A DNA stretch of 64,000 nucleotides. Origin: Octopus vulgaris. Lineage: Eukaryota. Position numbers and translations under genes: made by a program. Positions 24,481 to 36,003 of the stretch are shown here, piece after piece (position 1 is the first letter of the stretch; each line of letters begins with the position of its first letter). The notes beneath the pieces were generated by a model. The model was not told where the DNA came from. It did no database searches and saw nothing but the letters and a program-made list of their open reading frames with translations. The stretch is taken from positions 13,144,001 through 13,208,000 of the forward strand of contig OX597830.1 in assembly GCA_951406725.2 (NCBI GenBank). The letters run 5' to 3'.

Positions 24481-25861
24481 ACAGGCAAAAAACACAGATA
24501 GACAGACGAACAGACACATGCATGACAAGCTTCCACGCAATTTCTGCCAGTCAAATTTACTCACAAAGCATTGGTTGATCTGGGGTTATAGCAGGATACA
24601 CTTGCCCAATGTGTCATGCAGTGGGACTGAACCTTGAAACCATGTGGTTGCCAAACAAGCTTTTTAACCACACAGCCATGCCCGTACATGTTTGTGCGTG
24701 CGTGTGTGTGTGTGTGTTTATACACACAATAGACTTAAATATACACATTTATATAAAAGACAAAAATCATTGGCAACATGCAGTGTTCAAGAACATCTAC
24801 CCAGTTATGTTGGCACGGTGTGACTGAGACCCTGAAAGTATAATGTGTATATGCACAACTGGGCCTCTCCTAAATCTATAACTACTGCTTCTCTTCGCCC
24901 TTTCCCAGCACTCAGTTAGTCCCCTCTGCTGAACCACTACCCATTGACTTCCATAGCTTATTCTTACTATTGCCCTCTGCCAACCTTGCTTATATCCATC
25001 TTTCACTCTTGCCCACTAACAACCTTTAAACCTACAATTCACCCCTCTATCACCCATCCCTCCATTACTCTCCTGTCTAATGTATTATTCTGTTACTACA
25101 AAGCATGCCATATTGCCATTTCTGTATTGCCAGTCATCACTTCCTCTCCTCTATCACTTCCAGTTAGCATCCATCTTCACTGTTTATCATCATCCTGCCA
25201 GTCATTTACCACCCTAAGCCTTCTCCACTATTCACTAAATTCACTCCCTATATACATCTGAACACTTCCACCCACAATGTCATAATTCTACCCACCCTCC
25301 CTGACTCTTCTGTTTTCACACTCTCTATTTTTCACCTTCTGGGACGTATTACCATGAAAGTATGTCCCAGTACTTTGTTACCAAAACCTTTGTTTTGGGC
25401 ACCACTCCAGCTTTTCTCATCCACCCGTGTAACATGCAAAGTAGCCATTGATCTATGCCACAGGGTAAACCTGTTCCTGCTCCCCCTGTCTTGCTTTAAC
25501 CTCTTGGGACCTTGTTTAAAGGGAGCACCCTGTCTGACTTCTTTCAGTTGAAGGGGTTCAGTACTTTTGCCAGCTACAAGAAGACTGCAAGGAATCACAA
25601 ATGGGATTCAGTACACTTTTATTGAGTCCCATTTGTGATTCCTTGCAGCATTTTTTGCTGTAATTCATGGCTCTCCTTGGGCATAACAAATTGCCAACTA
25701 TCTTGGTCCTTTGTTACCTCCTCCATAAATCTAGCATCTTGAAATCAGTCTTCATTTCTTCATTACTGGCCTATTGACTGTGTGTATACATTAAGTATGA
25801 TGCATAGATGGGTATTAAATACTGCCTCAATTGCATCTACCTGAAATATATGTGTGTGTGT

Positions 25862-25917
<56 letters not shown>

Positions 25918-26099
25918 TCGTCATTTAACGTCTATTGTCCATGCTGGCATGGGTAGACTGGAAGGCTGCACTAGAGTCCAGTCTGATTTGGCATGGTTTT
26001 CTACTGCTGGTTGCCCTTCCTAATGTCAACCACTCAGAGAGTGTAATGGGTGCTTTTATGTTTTTTACCGCCACAGGTACCGTTTCCATGGCACCAGTA

Positions 26100-26717
26100 T
26101 ATTCTTTTACTTGTTTCAGTCATTTTAACTGCAACCATGCTGGAGCACCACCTTAACCCTTTCGTTACCGTATTTTGAGATGTCCTGCGTTTCTTTCAAT
26201 TATTTTAAATATAACAAAGAATTTAGTAAAATAACTTAGCTATCATTAAGCTAATGTTAGGAATATAAATTGCAACTAATGTTTGGTGGTATATTTTGAA
26301 TCAAAACTTATGAAAACAAGACATTTGTACTACAGAGCCAGAGCCGGTTTTGGCCGGGTTAGTAACGAAAGGGTTAAAGGATTTTTAGTCAAAGAAATTT
26401 GTAAGCCTAGTATTTATTCTTTTGGTCTCTTTCGCTGGACTGCTAAGTTACGGGGACATAAACACACCAACATTGGTTATCAAGCAATGGTGGGGGCACA
26501 AACAGACACAAAGGTACACACATATAAATATCTATCTATCTATCTATACATATATATCTTTCTCTCCTTGTTTTTTCTGTGTCCCTTTCTGTAGAAGAGC
26601 GTAGGCTTGAAACGTAAAAGACTTTTTCTATTCCTGAGCATTATACTCATACATCTGTTTGTTTTGTACACCACCTGTCTTCGTCTTTTGTTTTTTTCGT
26701 AAACTCTCCCTGTATAT

Positions 26718-26764
<47 letters not shown>

Positions 26765-26955
26765 TATATATATATACACACGCACACTCACTACTGGCTT
26801 CTTTCAGTTTCTGTCTCCCAAATCCACTCACAAGGCTTTGGTCAGCCCAAGTCTATAGTAAAAGACACTTGCCCAAGGCGCAATGCAGTGGGACTGAACC
26901 CACAACTATGTGCTTGGGAAGCAAGCTTCTTACCACACAGCCATACCTGCACCTA
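26100..26955 (-). mobile_element. SINE family A carrying a nested P2 MITE (26157-26373) and a Penelope-like fragment (~26556-26712)
   Basis: SINE sequence resumes after the TTAA-flanked MITE; the second insert lies in the SINE's (TA)n tract. Confidence 0.8.
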
Positions 26956-27307
26956 TATATATATATATAAAATCACTCAAAAACAGTTGTAGTGATAGTA
27001 GTAGCAAAAGTCTTTGTAAAAATACTACTAATAACCCTAACCCCTCTATCATGTCTGACCACAATATTCAACCTGTTTTATTTACAAACTAACCAGACCC
27101 TACCTCTCACACCTACCCTACAATGTCATTTTAAAAATAATTAAGCTAGAAGGTAATGAATGTTTAATTCAGAACAATATGGCTATATAAGCATTACATT
27201 TGACAGAATAATCTGAATTCTAAAGAGTTAAAGGTATAAATTCTGTTATTATTTTAGTAAATAAATAAGTAAATAGAAGAAAAAGAAAAATAACAAGACA
27301 GTTGGTA

Positions 27308-27352
<45 letters not shown>

Positions 27353-27353
<1 letters not shown>

Positions 27354-28452
27354 GTTTCAAATTTTGGTACACAGCTAGCAGGTTTGGGTGAGGGGCTGAG
27401 TTGATTATATCAACCCCTGTGTTCAACTGGTACTTTATCATAAGGCGGCTAGCTGGCAGAAACGTTAGCATGCCGGGCGAAATGCTCAGAGGTATTTTGT
27501 CTGCCGTTACGTTCTGAGTTCAAATTTCGCCGAGGTCGACTTTGCCTTTCATCCTTTCGGGATTGATAAATGAAGTACCAGTTACGCACTGGAGTCGATA
27601 TAATTGACTTAATCCGTTTGTCTGTCCTTGTTTCTCCTCTCTATGTTTAGCCCCTTGTGAGTAGTTAAGAAATAGGTATTTCGTCTGCCGCTTCATTCTG
27701 AGTTCAAATTCCGCCAAGGTCGATTAAATAAGTACCAGTTACGCACTGGGGTCGATATAATCGACTTAATCCGTTTGTCTGTCCTTGTTTGTCCTCTCTG
27801 TGTTTAGCCCCTTGTGGGTAGTAAAGAAATGGGTACTTATTTTATCAACCTCGAAAGGATGGATGAAAGGCAAAGTGGACCCTGGTGGAATTTGAACTCA
27901 GAATGTAAAGACGGATGAAATGCCACCAAGCATTTTGTCTGGCATGCTGATGATTCTGCCAGCTCACTCCCTTTAATAATAATAATAATAATAGTAGTAG
28001 TAGTAGTTTTGAATTTTGGCATAAGCCCAACATTTTTAAGAGAGGCATGTAAGTCAATTACACTGACCTCTGTGTTCAACTAACTGGTTCTTATTTTATC
28101 CACTTTGAGACAAAGTTGACCTCAACAGAATTTGAACCCAGAATGTAAAAAACCGGAAGAAATGCTGCTGAGCATTGTGTTTGGTTAATATTATCAGCTT
28201 GCTGCTACAATTGTAGTAGTAGTAGTAGTAGTATTAATAATAATAATAATAATAATAATCCTTTCTACTATAGGCAGCAGGCCTGATATTTTGGTGGGAG
28301 GGCTAGTTGATTACATCAACCCCAGTGCTCAGCTGGTACTTATTTTATGACCCCAAAAGAGTGAAAGACAAAATTGACCTTGGTGGAATTTGAACTCAGA
28401 ACTGGAAGGAATGACACTAAGCATTTTGTTTGGCATGCTAATAATTCTGCTA
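27353..28452. mobile_element. Cluster of family B SINEs in both orientations
   Basis: Plus copy 27445-~27836 with an internal partial duplication interrupts a minus copy; further minus copies at ~28010-28200 and ~28260-28452, separated by (TAA)n/(TAG)n. Confidence 0.85.
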
Positions 28453-28454
28453 AC

Positions 28455-28829
28455 CTTCTTCTTCTTCTTCTTCTTCTTCTTCTTCTTCTTCTTCTTCTTC
28501 TTCTTCTTCTTCTTCTTCTTCTTCTTCTTCTTCTTCTTCTTCTTCTTCTTCTTCTTCTTCTTCTTCTTCTTCTTCTTCTTCTTCTTCTTCTTCTTCTTCT
28601 TCTTCTTCTTCTTCTTCTTCTTCTTCTTCTTCTTCTTCCTTTGTCTCCTCTTTCTTCTTTCTTCGTCTCCTCCTCCTCCTTCTTCTTCTTCTTCTTCTTC
28701 TTCCTTCGTCTCCTCTTTCTTCTTCCTTCGTCTCCTCCTTCTTCGTCTTCTTCTTCTTCTTTCTTCGCCTCCTCCTCCTTCTTCTTCTTCTTCTTCTTCT
28801 TCTTCTTCTTCTTCTTCTTCTTCTTCTTC
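28455..28829. repeat. (TTC)n/(GAA)n microsatellite
   Basis: Pure for about 61 units (28455-28638), then interrupted by TCC/GTC variants. Confidence 0.97.
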
Positions 28830-30226
28830 AACAACCATCATCATCATCATAAGGGAAGAATATAGCTGTTATCAGATGACCAATATTTCGACACTCTTCT
28901 TTTTGTTTCTTTACTTTCTGGAGGAGTAACCTCAATCCTTAAATATTACCAAAATGAAGTAGATTGAGATGATTATTTTGAACTTGTGGAAGACACACAA
29001 AGTGTCAAATTAATAATAATAATAATCATAATAATCATAAGAAACAAAATGGAGAGGAAGAAAAGATGATGATGAAGGAGGGAGAGGGAAAGACAGTATT
29101 GAAGATAATGAGGAGTATGAAGAATATGATCGAAGGGATAAAAATAATGAATAATTAAAGAATAAATAAAATATTGACAAAAGATTAATATCTTTTATCT
29201 TTTACTTGTTTCAGTCATTTTTAACTGTGGCCATGCTGGGGCACTGCTTTGAAGGGTTTTAGTCAAACAAATTGACCCCGGGACTTATTTTTCAAAGCCT
29301 GGTGCTTATTCTATTGATCTCTTTTACCAAACTGTTAAGTTACAGGGATGTAAATACATCAACAATGCTTGTCGAGTGTTGGTGGGGGACAAACACACGC
29401 ACACACACACACACATGTAATATTTTGGACTAATGAGTATATGTCAATTAGTGTGCTGATGTGCTGAGCAGAGCACTGGTACAGTTTAGGCTACCTGGTG
29501 TCATAAATAATTAATAGGTAAATTATTAAAAAAAAAAGTGTTCAATTTTGGGTCAAGGGATCTTGCTGCTCTAATATGTAAATTTTGGCTTAATTTATAT
29601 TATTGGATGTCTTTTCTAACACCGTCCCTTTGCATTATGTATTGGGTAAAAAAATTATCACTGTCTGTCATATCCTGAATAAGGAAAGTCTTTGGGTCCA
29701 CCTAACCCTACATTGTCTGGTATTAGTGCTTGAGTGATTGTCATGTCCTAAACCCCTGAAGATGGTTTTTTTTTTCTTTTTACATCATCTTCATTTGTTT
29801 GCCAGTCACTTTGCAGAGTGTACTGGCTACATTTTATTGCAGCATCAACACTAGCGATGCTGCTTTGTAACTTACAAAGTTGCTTTGATTGTTCTTGTTC
29901 CTGTGGCCCAATGTGACAGATAGACTTTAGTAGCAGGATAGGGTGTTTCCAGAAAGACAAACTAGGCTGATGGGTTGGGAGATGGGAAGGAAGGCAAGAG
30001 CTCGAAGACAAAGGCAGAGTAAAGACACCGTGTTAGTATTAACGGAAGAGAGAGTAATGGTGGAGTGTAAGGAGAGAGGGACAGTGATGGGGAGAGAAGA
30101 GAGAACAAAGGATGGACAGTGGTAAGAGTGTGGTAGATGTGATTAGGTGTATAGAGGAATTTACTGGTAAAAGAAGGCGTGAGTGAAGGTTGGGAGAGGT
30201 GGGGGGTGTATTGGATCTGATGCAAT

Positions 30227-30470
30227 CCTTCATCTGCGACTATTTCATCTCAATCGAAGGAGAGGGGCTTTCTCCGTCCGGGTTGTGGATCCGTGGAATA
30301 AGCTGCCGGACGAGATAGTGAAGATGCTGACGACCGCTCGGTTCAAAGTCTCCCTTGACCAGAAATGGCCTGAACTCTTTGCATGAACACCACCCTGTAC
30401 ATAACTCCATGTCCCCCTACATGGCCTTGCTTTTTGCTTTTTGAGCCAAAAAATTAACTTAACTTAACTT
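30227..30470 (+). mobile_element. 5'-truncated CR1 LINE 3' end
   Basis: LNRRRGAFSVRVVDPWNKLPDEIVKMLTTARFKVSLDQKW* matches the CR1 ORF2 C-terminal motif FSxRVVxxWNxLP; short 3' UTR and (TAACT)n tail; CpG-rich. Confidence 0.88.
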
Positions 30471-31325
30471 ATTTATCAGGCCTTGTGATGGAGGATACTA
30501 AAGGCTGTTATATATTTACTTGTAGAAGAAAGAGTGAATGTTTGTGTGTGCGTGTATCAGATACCAGCAGATCTGATGCGGTCTCATTACTTGAGTACCT
30601 ATATACTAAAAAGTGAGAGAAAGTCACTAAAATTACCACTGGGTTTTTCTGAGCACATGATGCTATGGAATATCTTGCAAAGAAATGTTTTAGATTTCAG
30701 TTCAACCAATGGGTAACCTTTTCAAATTTTGGCACAAGGCCTGTAAATTCAGGAGAGGGGGGTAAATTGATTACAATTGATCCCAGTGTTTAACTGGTAC
30801 TTATTTTACCAAAACCGAAAGGATAATGGCAAAGTTGACCTCAGCAGGATCTGAACTCATAATGTAAAGACAGATGAAATGCCACCATCATCATCTTCAT
30901 AAATACTTTCCAAAAGAAGCGATCTTAGTATGTTCCCTTGACCAGCCCCCCCATTCCTTTTTTTGATACCCAATACTCCTGGACAGTTTCCTTTCTCATC
31001 TACTGCATGCATTTGCCTGATCTTCCGTATCATTGATGATTATCTCTTTTTGAATAATTCTTTGCCAGCTCTTTATGGTGATTTTCTTTTTTGCACTTTC
31101 CATTCTTATGGCCAGAAATGTGTGAGTGGTTTCTTAAGAAATCTTAACGGATTCATGTGATTGACGTGAACTTAACAATGCAACTCCTGTTTTCTGAATT
31201 CATATACAAATGCCTGGCTTGCAACAACAAGTTTGTTTAATATGATCATCCTGCAGTTTGTTTATCCACAGTAGCTCAAGGCTTCCAACATGTCTAAATT
31301 ACTCTGGTGTCTTGCCCATCCTTTG

Positions 31326-31561
31326 GTACTGTCAAATAATGTCATATCTAACAAGATCTCTTTAATACTGTCAAATAATGTACTGTCAAATAATGTCATA
31401 ATATTGTCAAATAATGTCATAATACTGTCAAATAATGTACTGTCAAATAATGTCATAATACTGTCAAATAATGTCATAATACTGTCAAATAATGTACCAT
31501 CAAATACTGTCAAATAATGTTTAATACTGTCAAATAATGTCATATCTAACGAGATCTCTTT
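31326..31561. repeat. Minisatellite of TACTGTCAAATAATG(TCATAA) units
   Basis: About 10 mixed 15/21-bp units bracketed by a duplicated GTCATATCTAAC(A/G)AGATCTCTTTA. Confidence 0.92.
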
Positions 31562-32324
31562 ATATTTTTACCATATTTATGTCATGGTTGATCTTTGTTT
31601 TTGCCAAAATTTGTGAAACATAGAGATCACCTATGAAATAAGATGAAACCTTATCAGTGAATTTGTCTTGTAGAATCTGTAAGTGATGCCAAGTGGAAGA
31701 AAGATTTGAAGAATCCCCAACCTGGTTGATTATGATCGCACCCACTAATCGCATGCATTAGATTAACTGTTGATAGCATATAAGGATATAAGGATATTGT
31801 GAGCTTTTATGATTATTGAAATTATTCCAAATTACTGAAATTATTTTCTCTCATGCTTGTTCTTGTGAAATCTAGATAATGAAGAGAGGGAATGATATTT
31901 TTGAATAAAAATAAGTAATTCCAGCTGCAGAAAAATTAAACAATTTATGTAGCTAACTAATTACATTGATTACTCTCACTTTTAAATGGGTACAATATGT
32001 TTCATTCGTCACTTTTAATTGGTGACCATGATGGTCAGTAATATAGTGGGTTGTTTTGTTATCCACTGCCTTGTCAGCATGTGTAGTCGCAGTAATCTGC
32101 CTTTCTTTGTGCTGAACAAACCAGGTATCTGAGCAGCAATTAGCCACTGATCCTCACTGTTAGCCAGCACTGGTAAGTGTATTTCCGGATGAGTACAAAT
32201 GTAGTACATACCTTTGTTTTAGTTGTATGTAATGTTGGTGGTATCCCAGCATAGCCATAGTGAACGGGTTTGAACAAATCAAAGGAAAAAAATGATAAAG
32301 CAAAATATAGCAACACAAAGGTAT

Positions 32325-32541
32325 ACTCTTTACTCTTTTACTTGTTTCAGTCATTTGACTGTGGCCATGCTGGAGCACCACCTTTAGTCGAGCAGATCGA
32401 CCCCAGGACTTATGCTTTGGATGCCTAGTACTTAGTCTATCAGTCTCTTTTGCCGAACCGCTAAGTTACGGGGACGTAAAAACACCACCATCGGTTGTCA
32501 AGTGATGTTGGGGGGACAAACACAGACACACAAATATACAC

Positions 32542-32572
<31 letters not shown>

Positions 32573-32735
32573 CGATGGGCTTCTTTCAGTTTCCGTCTAC
32601 CAAATCCATTCACAAGGCTTTGGTTGGCCCGAGGCTACAGTAGAAGACACTTGCCCAAGGTGCCACGCAGTAGGACTGAACTCGGAACCATGTGGTTCGT
32701 AAGCAAGCTACTTACCACACAGCAACTCCTACGCC
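32325..32735 (-). mobile_element. SINE family A
   Basis: Full-length reverse complement of the family. Confidence 0.9.
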
Positions 32736-33034
32736 TATATGTATTATATAAAAACAAACAAAAGAACCAAAATATTGTTGTTATTCCATAGACATAAAAC
32801 TTTCAATAATAGAATAAAAAGTTGCAGTGAGGGAAAAGACTTGGAAATACTGGATGTGAGGGAGCTATTGGAGTAATCAAGAGATTTATGATTGCTACTG
32901 CTTTAAGCTGAGAGACAAGTTACTTTTCACAATAGTACATCTAAGAGGATATTCTCAGAAACTGAAGCTAACTGAAGGGTACAGCTCTCAACTTTGGTCG
33001 GGGTGCTCTTTGACTATGCTTTTTTTGTCTTTAA

Positions 33035-33255
33035 CCCTTTAGTGTTCGCATTATTCTGCCAAAATTAATGCTTTTTTATCCACATTGTTTTGAACTAATC
33101 ATGCATTATCTTGGAGCTATGAGATTTTGATGAGGTAGCTGTTAATTTTTAAAACAATATTGTAGGGTTGGTGTGAGAGGCCAGATAGGGCTAGTTTGAA
33201 CATAGAACAGGCAGAATACTTTTGGCCGGATATGGCCGGTTTAAATGCTAAAGGG
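33035..33255. mobile_element. piggyBac-type MITE P1
   Basis: TTAA flanks and TIRs. Confidence 0.88.
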
Positions 33256-35174
33256 TTAAATAACCAAAAGTTACATTTAGTGATTATGGGTTTGTAAAGA
33301 AAACAAGCGAGAGAAATAATACTACAGACAACTTTGTCAGCTATGTGATTTAGCTCTGAAGATAATGCATTGATTGAATAACCAATCCATTAATATTCAT
33401 TTCAAATAATGAATTGACATAATGTTTTAGTATAATTTTTCTTTGGAAAAGAAATATCATGAACATGACAATTTGAGATTTAAACAATTCTTAAAAAATA
33501 GGGAATTGTTAATTAATAGATTTCTGATTCCAATAATTATGTATTTTTTTTTAATGTTATTATTGACATCCTTTCTTTGATTATTTATTTTTGGAATACT
33601 CATAATTTCCATTTTTAAGTAATATACATTTGTTTTATTTTGTTGCTGACATTTTTCTAATTTTAAATAAATTTTTCTTTATTGTTGATGATGGTGCATA
33701 TTTTGCACTCACTTTAAAGTGAAACCGGTCCAAGTACTCATTAGTTACATAAAGGTGCTTTATTTTCTTTCCTTTTCTTTGTAGTTTCAATCACTTGTTT
33801 TTATTCTAGAACACCATTTCTCTTTTCTTTTCCTGGCCCTGACTTGAGAGAGCTCGGAAGAAAATCTAATCATTTTTCATTTTACAATTACAAATGACAA
33901 AATTCCTTATCTACTATCTACTGATGTAATGGAGATAACTGGTTGCTACTAAAAGGTTGGGTCAATTGGTATAATTGATGATCAGGAGAGAGAGGGAAGA
34001 AGAAACAGTAGTAATTATAAAATTTCATCATCAAGTTGCATTTCAACAGACATAATTTTACTTTTGCAGTTAATTAATGTTATTTCAGTATATCTGTTAT
34101 ACATCAAAATAATTATTATTCAAATTTTCCTTTAGGTTTCAATTTTAATTAAAATTTATCACAATGCTTTGCAATGAGTTTCATCAGTTTATATGTTTAT
34201 CTCTGTAATTCAATATTAATTTAAAATATCTATAGATTAAAATAGCTTCAAAACAACACCATTACATTTTGTTCAAATTATTGTGTTGGCGCTCATCCTT
34301 TTTTTTTCATTCAAACACACTTGAGTTAACTAGCTTTTTGATAAAAACCTTAATTCATTTTTTAAAATTTTCAAGTTGGCAAATCAGATCACATTTGCAA
34401 TTTTATTTTGAATTTGATTGCGGTCTCCTGGTTTTTGGTTAATTTATTTTTGTAATTTTACATCTTTGCAACAGCTGTGGTTATAGCTAAATAATACCCT
34501 TTCTAATACCAACCCCTTTATCAAGTTTTAATAACCTGCATTAAGGATTATTTTATCAGCTATTTACCTGCTATTCCTATAGCATCGCATCACATATTTT
34601 ATTTGTGTACTTTCCTGTATTGTTTTGTTGCATGTGAAGGGATTATTTCTACCAATCTATTAGCCCCATTTGTGGATTTCCTTTTTGGTTTTTTCCCCCT
34701 TTAAACTTCAGATTGTATTTGCTGTTTTTGGTGATGTCACATGAAAACAGATTATACAAGTTGAAATTCAATGCTCTCAATTTAAAAATTAGTGGTGAGA
34801 AGGAAGGCATGATATTTTAACTTTGCTCCACAAATAAAACATCTTTTCTGAAGCAAAGTTTCTTCACAATACTTCAATCTCAGCTTGTTTATGAAGCAGT
34901 GAAGATGTTGGTTTACAACAAAGTGTAATGTGTTATTAATGAAATATCATTAGTGTTAAATGGTGGCCGTGCAAATAAAGATGAACAAAAATGACAAAGG
35001 AGAAAAGAAAGGCATTCCAATAACAAAATTATTTTATAAAAATAACTGGATCATAACGGGCTCAGAAAATGTGTGATGAAATATAACAAATAAGGATAAC
35101 AACAACAACATGCATAAATTCAAATTTATCATCATACATATACTTAGTTAAAAAATACTGTGACTGTATATATA

Positions 35175-35560
35175 TGCACCTGTGCCAGTGGCACATAAAA
35201 AAGCACTCACTACACTCACGGAATGGTTGGCGTTAGGAAGGGCATCCAGCTGTAGAAACACTGCCAGATCAGACTGGGCCTGGTGCAGCCTTCTGGCTTC
35301 CCACACCCCAGTTGAACCGTCCAACCCATGCTAGCATGGAAAGCGGACGTTAACCCTTTCGTTACTGTATTTATTCTGAGATGCTCTGGGTTTCTTTCAA
35401 TTACTTTAACTATAACAAAGAATTTAGTAAAATAACTTAGTTATCATTCAGCTAGTGTTGGGAACATAAATTGTGACTAAGGTTTGGTGGAAGATTTTAA
35501 TTCAAAACTTATGAAAAAAAGATTAGTAACGAAAGGGTTAAACGATGATGATGAATGATG
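35175..35560 (+). mobile_element. RTE 3' tail with a P2 MITE (35354-35537) inserted at its TTAA
   Basis: GGACG-TTAA[MITE]TTAA-ACGATGATG. Confidence 0.88.
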
Positions 35561-35783
35561 TATATATGCATTTATGTGAGTAATTTGTATGAGTTTATGT
35601 GAGATGTCCTTCCACTAGTTATGCTTCTGCATGTGTTATAGGGCATTAAAGACAGAAAGAGGAGTGTGTTTGTGTGAGAGCATCATCTTGTGTTTTCTTC
35701 TTGATTCTTGCCAAATGAGAAACAATTCTGTTTTTTTGTTTATATTGTTGACAACACTACTTATCTTCTGAAATATCCTTTAA

Positions 35784-36003
35784 CCCTTTCGTTACTGTAT
35801 TTATTTTGAGATGCTCTGTGTTTCTTTCAATTACTTTAAATATAACAAAGAACTTAGTAAAATAACTTAGTTATCATTAAGCTAGTGTTAGGAACGTAAA
35901 TTGTGACTAAGGTTTGGTGGAATATTTTAATTCAAAACTTATGAAAACAAGACATTTTACCACAGAGCCAGAGTTGGTTTTGGCTGGGTTAGTAACAAAA
36001 GGG
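35784..36003. mobile_element. piggyBac-type MITE P2
   Basis: TTAA flanks; nearly identical to 35354-35537 and 26157-26373. Confidence 0.9.

Noticed and set aside
28329-28929. Four long ORFs (poly-K/R/E/L/F/S)
   Set aside because: They are translations of the stop-free (TTC)n microsatellite.
31262-31543. Repetitive ORFs (MTLFDS.../LSNNVII...) and a CRISPR-like appearance
   Set aside because: A tandem minisatellite without unique spacers, in a eukaryotic context with no cas genes.
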